From: Eukaryota sp. TZLM1-RC
Taxonomy: Eukaryota; Protista; Metamonada: BaSk clade
Length of the DNA stretch: 64,000 nt
NCBI GenBank assembly: GCA_040285825.1
Contig: JAUPSS010000003.1
Span: 3,596,001-3,660,000 of the forward strand
Direction of reading: 5' to 3'
Positions 35,137-47,889 of this stretch are shown piece by piece. Each line of letters begins with the position of its first letter. Position 1 is the first letter of the stretch. The position numbers and the translations under genes were made by a program. Below the pieces are notes generated by a model. The model did no database searches and was not told the DNA's origin. It worked only from the letters and a program-made list of their open reading frames with translations.

Positions 35137-35646
35137 ATGTCAGATCCAGGAAGTGATAACAATAAGGAATCAGATTTTCAACGCATGAAAGAGCGTCTTC
35201 AGCAGCTTGCTGAAGAACGTAGAAAACTTTCAGAAGTTACAAAGGCCACTTCGCCTGCTGCTAATGGCACTCCTTCCCACGAGTCTTCCACGTCTCGTCC
35301 CCAGTTATCGTGGTCTCAAAAGGAAGAGATTGATTCTCGTAGCGTTTTTGTTAGCAATTTGGACACCGTGATAACTACAGAGGATATTCAAGATCACTTC
35401 TCAGCATGTGGCTCAATAGAACGAGTTACTCGGCTTACTAACTCCTTTGCTGTACCCAAACCTTTTGCTTATATTGAATTTGCTGATAAGGCGCAAGCAG
35501 AAGCTGCTCTCACATTAGATGGTAGCATAATCAAAGACAATGGTAGGCAGATCAAGGTTGCTCCTAAGCGAACCAATATTCCCTATCTGTCAAGAGGTCG
35601 AAGACGTGCCAGATCATTTAGAGGTAGAGGACGGAGAGGTTTTTAA
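35137..35646 (+). CDS. PABPN1: Nuclear poly(A)-binding protein (PABP2/PABPN1)
   Basis: Coiled coil, 'KEEIDSRSVFVSNLD', RRM with 'FAYIEF', 'GRQIKVAPKRTNIP', RG-rich tail. Confidence 0.9.
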   Translation: MSDPGSDNNKESDFQRMKERLQQLAEERRKLSEVTKATSPAANGTPSHESSTSRPQLSWSQKEEIDSRSVFVSNLDTVITTEDIQDHFSACGSIERVTRLTNSFAVPKPFAYIEFADKAQAEAALTLDGSIIKDNGRQIKVAPKRTNIPYLSRGRRRARSFRGRGRRGF

Positions 35647-35727
35647 TATATTTAAAAGTTGTTATTACTGGAAAAACATTATTGAGATAGATAAATTTAC
35701 AATAAAATTGTTATTAACATTTGAACT

Positions 35728-36639
35728 CTACTTTCTTGGCTTTTTTATTTTTACAATTAAGGAACCACAAGTTTTCTTTAATGGAGGTAGGTCAAAAAAT
35801 AGAGATTTACCAGACAATCTACACCTTGATCTACTTGTTGTTCGAACCTTTCTATTAAAAACTTTCAATTCATGGGAAATCTTTTTTTCAATCCTAAAAT
35901 CGGATTCTCTCAAATAGTCCTGCATTTGCTGATGTAAACAAAGGTAATATTCATCTGAACTGTCATAATCATCAATTTGGTCAAGTATTTCATTTGAAAC
36001 ATCAATAAATGGAGATGCTTTGCGGTAACCGGGAACGTCAATCTCCTTGAACTGACAGCTATTTATTGATGTGTTGATTTGTGTTTTCTTGGGTCTAGAT
36101 GAACTGATTTTAACTGCTTCTACATCAGGTATTGGTGTTGGAGGTTTAGTGGCATGTTGCTCTCGCCATTCATTTAGCAATAAATGTCTCTTAGTAATGG
36201 AATGTGGCAATCTGATGGGAGGACACTCAAAAAAGAGCCTAAACCCGTTACATCTGGACAGACAATGAACCGTGGGATGTGGAAGAAAAGAGTTGGTGGT
36301 GAAGGGAATACCACTGGTCAAAGGAGAGAGCGCCAAGAGAGGATGAGAAGCCAGTGCTCTGTGCGAAACAGGAAAAGGAACAGTGCACGTTGAAAAAGAC
36401 GTACTTACTGGAGAACAATTAGGAATGGCTTCAAGAAGAGATTCGAGTTGAACAATACGAAGCGAGAGCCATCGACATCGCCACTCTAAATCTGAGAAAA
36501 CGTAACCAAATGATGGTAGTGAGTGTTCATTGTCTGAACAAAAAGGATTGTAAAAATCTAATAGTTGTGACTGCTGAGAAAAGACTAGTTCATCTGCTAC
36601 TAGAGTATACTCGTCCTCGGAATCAGTGTGATAGCACAT
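35728..36639 (-). CDS. PEHE-domain (KANSL1/MSL1-like) protein
   Basis: 'LEWRCRWLSLRIVQLES' coiled coil, 'IDVPGYR' and 'DSSDEYYLCLH' resemble the NSL1/PEHE motifs. Confidence 0.55.
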   Translation of the reverse strand: MCYHTDSEDEYTLVADELVFSQQSQLLDFYNPFCSDNEHSLPSFGYVFSDLEWRCRWLSLRIVQLESLLEAIPNCSPVSTSFSTCTVPFPVSHRALASHPLLALSPLTSGIPFTTNSFLPHPTVHCLSRCNGFRLFFECPPIRLPHSITKRHLLLNEWREQHATKPPTPIPDVEAVKISSSRPKKTQINTSINSCQFKEIDVPGYRKASPFIDVSNEILDQIDDYDSSDEYYLCLHQQMQDYLRESDFRIEKKISHELKVFNRKVRTTSRSRCRLSGKSLFFDLPPLKKTCGSLIVKIKKPRK

Positions 36640-39600
36640 TCGGAACTGTAATGGAAAATTGGTTCAGTTTGGATTTCAATTTGAGTTTGTTGAATAAGGC
36701 GGGGGCAGGAATTGTGGAATTGTAGCTGAACTGATCTGACTCAAGTCGACTCGACTCATTCTTACATCCATTGACACAAATCCTCCTTAACATGATCATG
36801 GCCATTGTTCTTTTCGTATCTTCATTATTGTTTTGTTCAAAAATCATGTTATATCAAATAAAAATCATACTTTATCTCAAAAAAAATCAAACAGAAATAC
36901 TAAAATCTACTCACTTAACTGTAACCTAACTGTCCACCATAATGTGCTGTTTTTTATACCATGACCTTAATTGATACGGAACTGGGTTGTACAACAAGAT
37001 AATCTTTTGCAATCTGACCCAAGCTTGGATACTTATTCACATTCTTCTTCCACCACAGATAGGGACCAGTTTCAAAATTCACAATACCTTCCTTAAAATA
37101 AGACTTCAGCTCATTTTCGGCATGTAACAATGTCATTGGATATCTTAGCAGCGATTTTATTGAACAATCATTTTTCCTCACTGTTTGCTTCATTCCGGGT
37201 TCTACATTGGTCGGTTGATTCTTTAAAGTGACTGTTTGAATCATTCTATTCAGTTGAGCGAAATCAGCAACAACTTCTTGTAGTTCTACTGGTACAAGAC
37301 CTTCACTGTTTTTAATCCTAGTATTGGCGCCCTTAGGCTTATATCATATGAATAGAAAATAAATCAGACTTTTTCTTTATTACAACCGACTTTAGGCAAC
37401 AATAATTATTGGCCATTTTAAAGTCAAGGTATACCACTCATAACTCCAGCAATTTACTAGTAACCATCTTCCAGAAACCTTTACAGCATGTCAGACATCT
37501 CTCAGCAAGATATCTCTGACCCCAATTCCTCACCTAACATGCAGCAACAGGAATCAGCAACACACATACATACACACAATAAAGACGTTAACGAAGTGAC
37601 GGACCCGGATCCCACCTCCCCCTCCCCAAAAGTTAAAGATGAAAGAGCGGACGAGGTCCCTCCTTCTTCAGTTATAAAAGAGGTTATGAGAACAGACCCG
37701 GCTCCCTCTCCCCTCCCAAATATAGAATTCATCTCAAAGGAAACGGATGGAAATCCCATCTTAGACACGTGTTTCCCCACTAGGAGAGTATGAAGAAATT
37801 CAATCTCAACTAGATGAAATGGAAGTAAAAGACGACTCATCAGAGGGGTTCTATAAGCTTTTAAAAGAGGATGCAGAAGCTTACCTCGAACCTACAGATT
37901 TCTGTCTGTTCGAGCAGCCTCCTCCTCTGTGGATCTTTATTTCAAAACGAGGCAGAAACGTAGGTTTCCAAACCCTCGGTATGGTCGGGGATACCCAAAA
38001 GGTAGTAGAAATTTTCCTTAACGAAAGGAATGAAGCTCTTCATTAAAGCTCTTGACAAATTCAGCAGAGCGACGTCCCAGAACCTCTGGCATGGACAAAA
38101 GAATTAAAGAAATAATCTCCCTTCCCATCAAGGATAGATTGGATTGGAAGGCCTCCTTCCTAACATGGCAAAAGAAAAAGGTTTCTCTCCATCGAGCAAA
38201 GAAGTAGGACCAACTCGGAAAACATCCTACAATCCAAATTGCCTGCCTGGTTCAATCGCAACTTCGTTACGGAAATTCATAATTACACGGAGTTAACAGA
38301 GGGTGTTCCCACATAATTTAGGGAATTCATGGAGCAGGAGACAGTAGTGAACCGGACAAGCTTGAACCAGTAACACCCTGGTTCGATGCAGACGCTCTAA
38401 ACAATATTCATACGAAACGATCATCTGTATCCACGTATAGGAGCCGTCCTAACAACTACATACAACAACACGGTAACTCGTTCACGAAACAACGAGATTT
38501 CAGACAATGGGCAACGGGAGATTTATGCACATCTCTCCACCTTCCCAAATTACCCGTTGTAGCTCCCATGATTTCTGAAAAAAGCCAACCAATACAGGTC
38601 TGCTCTATCAACAGCATACCCGAACACGTTCCAACAGTGAACGTCCCGGAACCTGTAGCAAGACAAGACGTTGCACCTCAGGAAGAACCAACTTCCTCTC
38701 AACCCATAGAAAGCGAAATTGGAGAACACAAAGAAATGAACGGGCCAGTCGTTGGAGAAACAACTCTTCCTCAACCCTCAGTAAGAAACTCTTTTTCTGA
38801 CAGACCCATGCGTATTGAGGACCTGCAATCCTCAAGAAGAGCTATTGACATGAGCATAGCCAGTAACCTTTAGAGACAAATTCACCCACGGTCTAAGGAC
38901 ATCGACTATAAAAGACCTCGATTATCCGCTGATGACCCTATTGAAAAAATGTCTCTCATAGCTTTTCTTTTAAAATATCAAACTTGGGATAAATACGGGC
39001 GAATGATAGCTAATAGAAGCTTTGTAGCCCCAGGTCAATCAGATTGGACCAGAGCCTTCATGATAGCTACCCAGCTTTTCGGAGAAGGCCAAACAGAGAT
39101 AACCCATGATAGGATTAAGGATCTCCCCAAACATATACGTGACAAGATCGCAAGGGATACAACTCAGCCTTTGGTAAGGATTGACCCAGCTATAACAGAT
39201 AAGCTTGGACCACCAATACACCATTACGATTTATTCAGGAGCATGATGATGAGCACTTGCCCTACAGGAATATCCAGCATGATTGACCCTAGCCTTCTAT
39301 CAAGATGGAAGAGTCAAGGATTACTCGGTGTTGATTATACCGACGCTGACGTCATGGTATTTCTGTTTGAAAGAACGCAATTCACATCATATCATGAGGC
39401 ATGTACAGCTCTAATGAAGCCTAGAATAAACTGGAGAAAAATCCACAATAGGCACGAGGCTGACAACGGATTTGGTCGTTATGTAGAAGAATTTGAAGAC
39501 GTCTTAAGAATGACCACCTACATGACCGACCTGACCATCCCTGATTTCATTAGAGAAAGCAGTGGGCTGATAACCATATCTCCCGCTCTAATAGCCGAAT

Positions 39601-42482
39601 ACTTCCTTACGGGTTTGGACAACTTTGCTATATCAAGCGAACTTTTCCCAGTATAGAGTAGAGAATCTTTGTGGGATTCGTTTAACAGAACAACTCTACT
39701 CGATTTAATATCGACAACTAGAAGGCACTTCCTCGCTTGGTGTTTCACAGCAGGGAACAAGCCCACTATGGACATACTAAGGAACAGGGCTAACGAAGAA
39801 GATATTTCTTTGGGACTCACGGCGATGAGAACATATTCAAGAGGAATAACCCCATCAGCCCAGAAGGAGCAAGACGATCAGGTGGAAAGTTGAGAGGAAC
39901 CCATCAACACAAATACATTCCTGAAAAGCATGAACGAGAAGGTTCGAAATTTTGTACATTGTGCAGTAACGTCAAAGGTAAAAACCCTGTCGGCCATTGT
40001 ATTCGAATGTAAAGACCCTCGTTGTGCTAGAAGCAGAATACCCAAAGAAGAAAGATTCACATTGGGAGAACAGGAGGCGCCTACTAGCAGAGGCAGTGTA
40101 GAAAGGTGTCGAGGTGGCCGAGGTAGACGTGTACATAGATTTAAATTTAGAAACCGTGGAGGCCGTTTTAGAGGACATAAAGGAAGAGGTCAGTATAGAC
40201 CTGTATATAACACCAACACAACAGAGGACATATCATAAAACGCTTCCTTCACTGAAACAAAACCGACCCGTTCGAGTACGGTTCCTCACAGACGGATCAA
40301 CAACAGCAACCGGAATAGCAGGACAGGCAACTTTCTCAATCGGGTACATATCAATGCAATTAATCACAACCAATCAACAACCGATTTAGGAAACCCGGTC
40401 AACAACTTTCCAACAGCTCAACAAATTTCTTAATTCCTCTACAAATTTACCAAACCAGCTCTGATATCAATAGTATTTTTGATATTAATTCTACGGTTAG
40501 TGAAAACCACATCAGATCCCAGCGTTCTCCATTTCTAAGACTGAAAATATCAATAAACGATATCAAAATGATCGCAACTATTAATTTGGCTGCGTTTTGC
40601 TCAGTTATTACTGCAGATTTAGCTGAACAATGCCATATGTCAATCAATAGCAAAGATACTATTCAGTTCTTACAAGCTAATAATGTATCTACAAAATCGC
40701 TAGGGAGTGCAAATGGTATTCTGTCGTTCAACGTAGGAAGCATTGCGCTACAAGTTCATTATAAACATACTCTTTTCATAATCCTGGGTTCGAACAAATT
40801 ATTAATAGGGAAAGACATGTTAAAAGCACTTGGGCTTCAGACGGATGATGGTCTTTTCATTAGATTAGACAAAGAACACCGCACTTTGTTAAATGCAGAA
40901 TCAGAATTCGACTCCAGGATCGCTCAACATTCGATTGGGAACTTAGATAACCAATCACCAAGTCGTTCTGATTTTGAGAAGCAATCAACAAGATCTGGAT
41001 GTGAGATAAAATTAGATGATAGTAATAATAAATTAAAATTGCCGAGTCTACTGAAAATTTTCAGCGATGTTTTTAGTGAAACTCCAAACAAAAAAGGTAT
41101 TGATTGCAGTCCTCTTACAATCCCCTTTCGCGATGAAAACGCTATCGTATACAAACCTGCTAGACGGTTAAACCCAAGCAAATTAGAAATAGCCAACAAA
41201 ATATTCGACGAATTGATAGAAATGGGTTATGCAGTTGAATCCAATTATAGATTCAGCTCTCCTATTGTCCTAGTTGTTTACCCAGATGATAGAAAACCTA
41301 GATTAACTGGTGACTTTAGTGGTAAAGATGATGTTAATGCCCATACAATTCCTGTCGAACCTAATTTACCGCGGATTAGTGACATATTAGAATTTTTAAG
41401 CAGAGCTGACTACATTGCCACACTTGATTTCCCAAAAGCTTTTTGGCAAATGAACGTAGCAGAAAAAGATATTGAAAAAACATCAATTTCAATACCTGGA
41501 AGGTCCGTCATGTTTAAAAGAGCTTGCTTCGGTTTAAAGAATATCCCGGCAGTATTCCAAAATGTAATAATGGAAATTTTCCAAATAGACGGCGTTTTTA
41601 TATACATAAACGACATCATAATAGTCGGTATTTCATTTGATAAATTCTACAGAAGACTACAAAGAGTCCTCGAATGCGCCAGAAAAAGACGGGTAACCAT
41701 TGGTTTACGAAAATGCAAATTCGTCACAGCCAAACACCCCATTTACATATTAGGATGCACCTTCCAGAACAAAACTAGGTTTATCAGCAAGAAAAGATTG
41801 AAGCCCTTATGGATATACCCAGACCAAAAACAGTGAAAGAGGTTCGCTCCTTGGTTGGATCAATCAATTACATAAGAGATTGGCTTCCTGGAATTTCTGA
41901 ATAAATAGCTCCAATTAACGAGTTAATAAAAGGAAAACCTAGAATTATCAAATGGACCAATGAGCATGACGATTATCTTAACCAAATCAAAGATTTAATA
42001 GTAAACCACTTGCCCCTAGAATTACCAGCTCCGGACAAGCGAGTATTAATAGGTATTGACGCTTCAAATGTAGCAGTAGGAGGCGTAATTTGTCAAGAAA
42101 TTGAACCCTACTCCCCTGCAGGAACCCCGCTAAATAAAAGGAAAGTAAAACCTTTGTCGTTCTATAGTAAATTACTTACAGAAACACAAAGAAAATGGTC
42201 CACTGCACAGAAAGAAATATGCAATACTTTTAATTTTAACTGAAAGTTGTTTAAAAAGCTACCTGTTAACTAGATATTTAACAATTTTCACAGATCATAA
42301 AAACATTGCATTCCTGGCTACAGCCCCAGAGAAAATAGAATTGTAAAGAGATAACTGCCGATACTATCTGGATTCGACTTTGATATAGTCCATGAACCAG
42401 GTGAAGACAACCATTGGGCAGATATGCTATCGAGGAATATTGATTTGGATCAAAACGAGGAAGCTCCTTCTACTTGTAGTAT

Positions 42483-42867
42483 TGATGCCGTCCGGCAGAA
42501 ATACCAAAGATGAAAAGAAGAAAAGAGGGCTTAATTAATAAAAATACTTGTTTTTGAACAAGTGCCACGTCATCATGTGAATTCCTCATCTGTCTACCAA
42601 GTTATTTTATCAGTAACAACATCACAACATCTTCCCATTTTCTTTCAACAGTTTCGTAAACCATTTAGGATAATGAAGATAGGGGATTTGTGAGATACTG
42701 AGACACGTGGTGTAAATTATTTACTTCGTGCTTAACTTTTGAGGGGCAATCACGAGCTAGATAACCTTTCTGATGACATTTGAAACATGTCCCGTCAGTC
42801 AGATTGCGAGACCTATGGGATGAACGAGACTTCATACCAGCTTGACTCACAGAGTCAGTATTTTCAG
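42483..42867 (-). mobile_element. 3' fragment (LTR 42483-42621 plus gag C-terminus) of a diverged gag-only element
   Basis: 'CFKCHQKGYLARDCPSKVKHEVN..LTNPLSSL' is homologous to the array units. The LTR begins TGATGCCGT on plus. Confidence 0.8.
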
Positions 42868-44250
42868 AAACAGTCTTTGAAGACCTGTTCCAAGAAGCTA
42901 CTCAATTTTTATGGCTTACAGTCGACTCTTGTATATGAGGAATTCAATCTAATATCATCATCTGGTGTCAAACAAGTTGATCCATTAGGTCCTTTCTTTT
43001 TCTGCCTTGCTATCCATCCTTTAATGTGTGAATTAACACAAGAATTTCCAGATGTTCATATAACTGCTTATATGGATGACATATCAATAATTGGTCCAAT
43101 TGATTCACTGAGAACATTTGCTGAAATTGTTCAACAGCGCTATTATCAAATTGGTCTTTCTCTAAATATTTCCAAATGTTTATTGATTAATAGAGAGCCT
43201 GCTGATCTCATTATTGATGATCAAAGTGTTCCTTTTATCAATTATTTTGAATCAGGATTTCGTTTTTTAGGTTGTTATTTAGGCAATTTTGATGAAATTT
43301 GAAATCAACTTTCCTCTCTTTAGTATAATTTTGAAGAGGAATTGATTGTTCTTTCAAATTTAAATATTGAAAAACATCTTAAATTTTTCTTCCTCAGAAT
43401 TTGTTATTCAGGGAAATTTACTCATATCTTACGACCAACATCACCAACTATATCTCTCGAATTTTGCAGAATTTTCAATGAATTAAGAACAAAATTTTTG
43501 TCTAATTTGCTTGACCTTGATTCTTCTTAATTACGCAGTCATATTTTTTGTACCACAGAATTGGGAGGCCTGGATTTCCACAAATCTAAATATTTGTGTA
43601 AAGCTGCATTTATCGGTGGAGGCAAAAATTTCGTTTTTGAATTTTTGAAACGTTTTCCTGAAAACCAACATTTAATAGAATATTGTGTTAGTGACTATTT
43701 AGTGTCCGTGCAGAATAAAATTGAATACATCTCTCCTCACATATGGTCCAAATGCTTTCCTGCTGATATTCAAGAAATTCCACCCAGAAGTTTGATTTCC
43801 TTGAAATTTGCATATGCTAAATTGCAGAAAAAGATATTAAAAGTTTTTGAAAACTTGGATTTCACTGTTCGTCTTAGCTTGGCTAAAGAAAAGAATCCCG
43901 TTTTTGCAAATTTTTTAATTGATCTTAAGGAAAGCAGCTCAAGTTGTCTCATTTCCCAGATTACAAATGTATATGGTTTATTATTAACTGATCATCAATG
44001 GACAACTGCCTTCAGGATGAGGTGTATTCTGTGGCCATGTAGTGTGCCAAATGATTTGATTTGTCGTTGTGGTCAGCTCATCAATCTGAATCATTTATTT
44101 AATTGCAAATTTAGTATTACATATCGGTCAGTTGTTCACGATGCTGTTAGAGACCAACTATACGCTATGTGGAAAAGTCATCACATTGAAGCTTTTGTTG
44201 AACCACTTGTGCGAAGGTTGTCATCTGAAAATGAAAATCCTCTCAGATTA
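42868..44250 (+). pseudogene. CRE-like RT/RLE fragment
   Basis: GVKQ.DPLGP, YMDDI, LGGL, CRC..HLFNC. Confidence 0.85.
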
Positions 44251-47200
44251 TAGTTCTGATTCAGGTAGTTTCTGTACTGTTCAATGGTTTGGCGGTGAAA
44301 CAACAGAAAAGCCTCTCCATTCAGTTAAACATTCAGAAGCTTCTAAGCTGTTCAGTAAGAATAACAAGAAAATTGGTAAACGTACTACTAGTCAACGTAA
44401 AGGTACCTCCAATGAGTCTACGCCTTCCAAGAGGCCTAGACGTAGTAATAGTATTAGGAAGCGAAGCTAATTTTTAGTTTATTTAGATTATTTAGTTATT
44501 TATTATAGTTTGTTTCTTATTCATATAAGCTGATTTATTTTGAAAAAGGGAAGAAGCAGTGTTGGAGCCCTTAGGCTTATATCTTATGAATAGAAAATAA
44601 ATCAGACTTTTTCTTTATTACAACCAACTTTAGGCAACACTAGGGTCCAAAATAGTTACAATCAAAACCATTTCGTCATACAATAAACTTCTCTATATGG
44701 TACACGGTTTCTGCTTCCACTTTCCCACTTTTTGAGAATATTTGTAAATGCTTATTGGACACAGTCAGGTATATCCATTGCGACGATCAAATCTTCAGCT
44801 TTTTGGATGATCAACTTCATTGATACAGAAGTTACACCAATTGTACACGACTCACTTTCAACATCATCAGTGCCATCTTTCAAGAGTTCCAGTATTTCTA
44901 CAAATGTTTTCAAGTGTAACTTTTCTATGTCAGTCAATAAGTATTTAGCAAGAGCTTTATCGCCCTGTAAAAGTGGTTGGACACAATTTACTACACGGTA
45001 AGTTGCCAACATTTGATAAAAGGAATTCCAGCTTGTTTCAACATACATTGGAATCGTACTAAGGTTGTAGCCTGCATTTTTCAATATGCATATAAATTTC
45101 AGATACAGTGTGATCCAGAAAGATCAAAAACAGAATTTTTGAATTTTCGTGTTAAACCAGCCGTAGATTAACATAATCATGAACAAAAGTATTGAAAACA
45201 TGAGTAGAACATCTGTAGCCATTCGAAATCAAATTTGCAACATTTGATACTACTAATTCGTTTTCCACAGTGATAAAAATGACCCTTTCTTTAAGCTAAA
45301 AATCTTTGACAATAGTCCCAAAATTAAAGAACATTTCCGAACAGAGTATTCGATTGAATGAGATTGTTTGTTTTCCAAATAGGATGTTGAAAATTAAGGT
45401 GCGTCTTGATTGTGGTGGTTGAGAGTAATTGGGAATTTCAGAACGGTCCATGACAATGCTTGTGTGTCTTTTTGTCAAAAACGCTTTGCTTACCTGTTAC
45501 AAGAGATCACACATCAAATCTTTGTCGGGGAGAGGGGAGAGGGAGTTATTCCAGTGGTTGTTTGAGTTTCAGAACCATCATCGTAATTCAAGGAGTCAAA
45601 TCTGTTTAGAATAGTGGAAATGGGTACAACAAGGTTTTTAATATTTGAGGATCGACAACTTTAATTTTGTAATGGATAAGCCTCCTTTCGTCCTTGAACT
45701 TGGACATCATCAGGGTTGATGACTGAGAACCAACATCTTTCAGGTTGTACCGAATTCGTTACACTTTGGGCCGATACGCTTGCAGCAGATAACTCATTAC
45801 TCTTCGACTCCCCCTGCCTCAACCTATAGAGAAGATATTCCTTGGCGTGCCTTATTGAATTTTTTAAGCCAGCAATGTCTGAATTGTGGTACGAACTCTC
45901 CCAATTGGTACCCAAACAATGGATCGGCTTAAACAACTGTTACTTGAACAGCTTGAAATCAAAATTGAAATGATTCAAGATATGTTTTTTTCGATGTTCT
46001 AAACACAAGAACATCGTTGCAAGCTGGTTCGCCTGACGTTTCACAGAATTTTTTTAACTGAACAGAAGACGCTGAGGACGTTTTTCACAAATTCAAAGAC
46101 ATTGGAAATCGGAAAAATTGAAGTTCTTTGGTTTTGAATTTCATAATTAATAAATCAATTATTTATTCATAGCATTTAAAATAACTTTAGATAACAAAAA
46201 AGGCATATATATTATAAAAGGCTACCATTTAATCAAACATCCAGTTTTAAGCAATTTACGTCGTGATGATAATGCTTTTGAAGAACTAGAATCAAAATAT
46301 GGTGAATCGTATGGTTTTAGATATTTGGCCAACCAGCATGATCAGAAATGTGTGCAAAATTGTTGGACATTTGTATTTCTAAAACATAGTTGATGACTTT
46401 CACATGATCAGTATGATCATTATTGAAACAAAAATCTCGTATTATTTTCCAATATTGCAAAAAAACACCTGAATAGGATTCAGTTCGAAACGATAAAGTG
46501 GTACCATCCTATATTGTACATCATTCCGTCACATTGTCTCATTAATGAATGGATGTTTGTATATTGAACAATGATGGAGCGTCTACCTCCTGTTGTTCTA
46601 AGTAAACCTTTGCGCAATAAATTTTTCAAAAAATCTATAGATAAAGATCTTTGAAAGTGACCTTTTCTGTTGTGACAAAAAAGGTAACAATCAACTATGA
46701 TTGCTACAAAAAACCAACAAGTTCATCTTTAAATTGGGGCAGTATTGAGACAACTTCTTCTCCACTTGGGGATCGACCGTACTTTCTTGGAAAATCTTCA
46801 ATGCGAAAACTCATATCATCAATAAATACTAATTGTTCTTGTACCACAACTCCATTAAAATTATTAAAATTGTTGCAAACAGTAGCTCATAAATTGAGAC
46901 GTGCGCGATGTACCATTCTCCCTGCCTTTTTTCTGGTAAACTTACATTTTATCAAGATGGCAACGATGAAATGTTGAGATCGAAACCTTTTTGTCCAGTT
47001 CTCCTTCAATCATTCTCTTAATTTTTCCCGAAAACAAAAATGGCTTTTTCTTCAATGAGTGTGAAATATTGAGTGTCATTAACAATCAATGTCGTACGTG
47101 AATTTGTGTCGGAATGGCTAGGCATGCAGTTGGTTTTCTCCTTGTCTTTTTTTTTCAAAAAGGTCAGTAAACCATCACAGAAATGGTACTTTGATTGACC

Positions 47201-47320
47201 CACAAAAAATTGTCCAATCACAGCTTGAGATTATTTTAAATAAAAATAAGTGTAAAAAGTGTGTCTATATTAATCAAAACTGTTACTGCTTTTAATGCAA
47301 TAGTCCTTCCTTGCAATTTC

Positions 47321-47830
47321 TTAAATGATATACGCTGCGCTTTCTGCTAAACTATCAATAAAATCCAATTCTTCCAGTTTTTGTTCATTATTTGGTAGAG
47401 CGTTTAATATTGTCTTGTTATTGACAAATGTTGTCGGTATGAATTTTTTAAGCTTTTTGTAGCGGCTCAACATTTTCCTAACGCTCGACCATCTGGTTGT
47501 GTTTTTCCTAATGGGCTTAATTGGAGATTTTGACACGGCTGAGCGTTACTTTTTTCTAAAAAAGACATCAGCTTGTCCACCTCTGCAATGACATTAAAGG
47601 AAAAAGAAAAGAATTCGTTCAGCTGTATGTGCCATCTATGAAAGGCACAGCCAACGATAGGAAGTTTGAGCCTTGTACCAATGTTCTTGTTTGTGTTTTT
47701 GGTATCACACGCAATAAACAAAACCTGTTCTGGTTGCTTATTAAATTTCAGGAAATTTTCCTTGATCAAACTACCGTAGCAGTACCTTCAAACAACTTCC
47801 GTCCTTTGAAGCGAATATATGGAGCAACTC
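47321..47830 (-). pseudogene. hAT-like transposase remnant
   Basis: 'FIACDTKNTNK..LPIVGCAFHR' and 'NTTRWSSVRKML'. Confidence 0.6.
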
Positions 47831-47889
47831 ATTGATCTTCAATAAAAAAATTTTTTTTCTCCTTTGATAATGATTTCTAACCAACCAAA

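Larger units (their letters stand above)
37322..44639 (+). mobile_element. Degenerate Ty3/gypsy element, family B; 80-bp LTRs (37322-37401, 44560-44639); TSD CTAG
   Basis: Gag fragments (37488-40390), PR-RT (40568-41836), RNase H, and a chromo-like integrase tail (44250-44470). PPT GAAAAAGGGAAGAAGCAG. Confidence 0.9.
36954..45300 (-). pseudogene. hAT transposase remnant split by the LTR element at 37322-44639
   Basis: 'VETSWNSFYQML' and the dimerisation domain 'LWWKK..KYPSLGQIAKDYL.VQPSSVS'. The LDPR motif (ILDPRIK) is restored across TSD CTAG. Confidence 0.8.

Noticed and set aside
37322-37335. TGGCGCCC as a tRNA-Lys PBS
   Set aside because: It lies at the start of the LTR rather than after it, and varies among copies (TGGAGCCC, TGACGCCC).
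45300-47300. Short ORFs between the hAT remnants, and also 56414-57091
   Set aside because: No motifs I can identify, so left unannotated.
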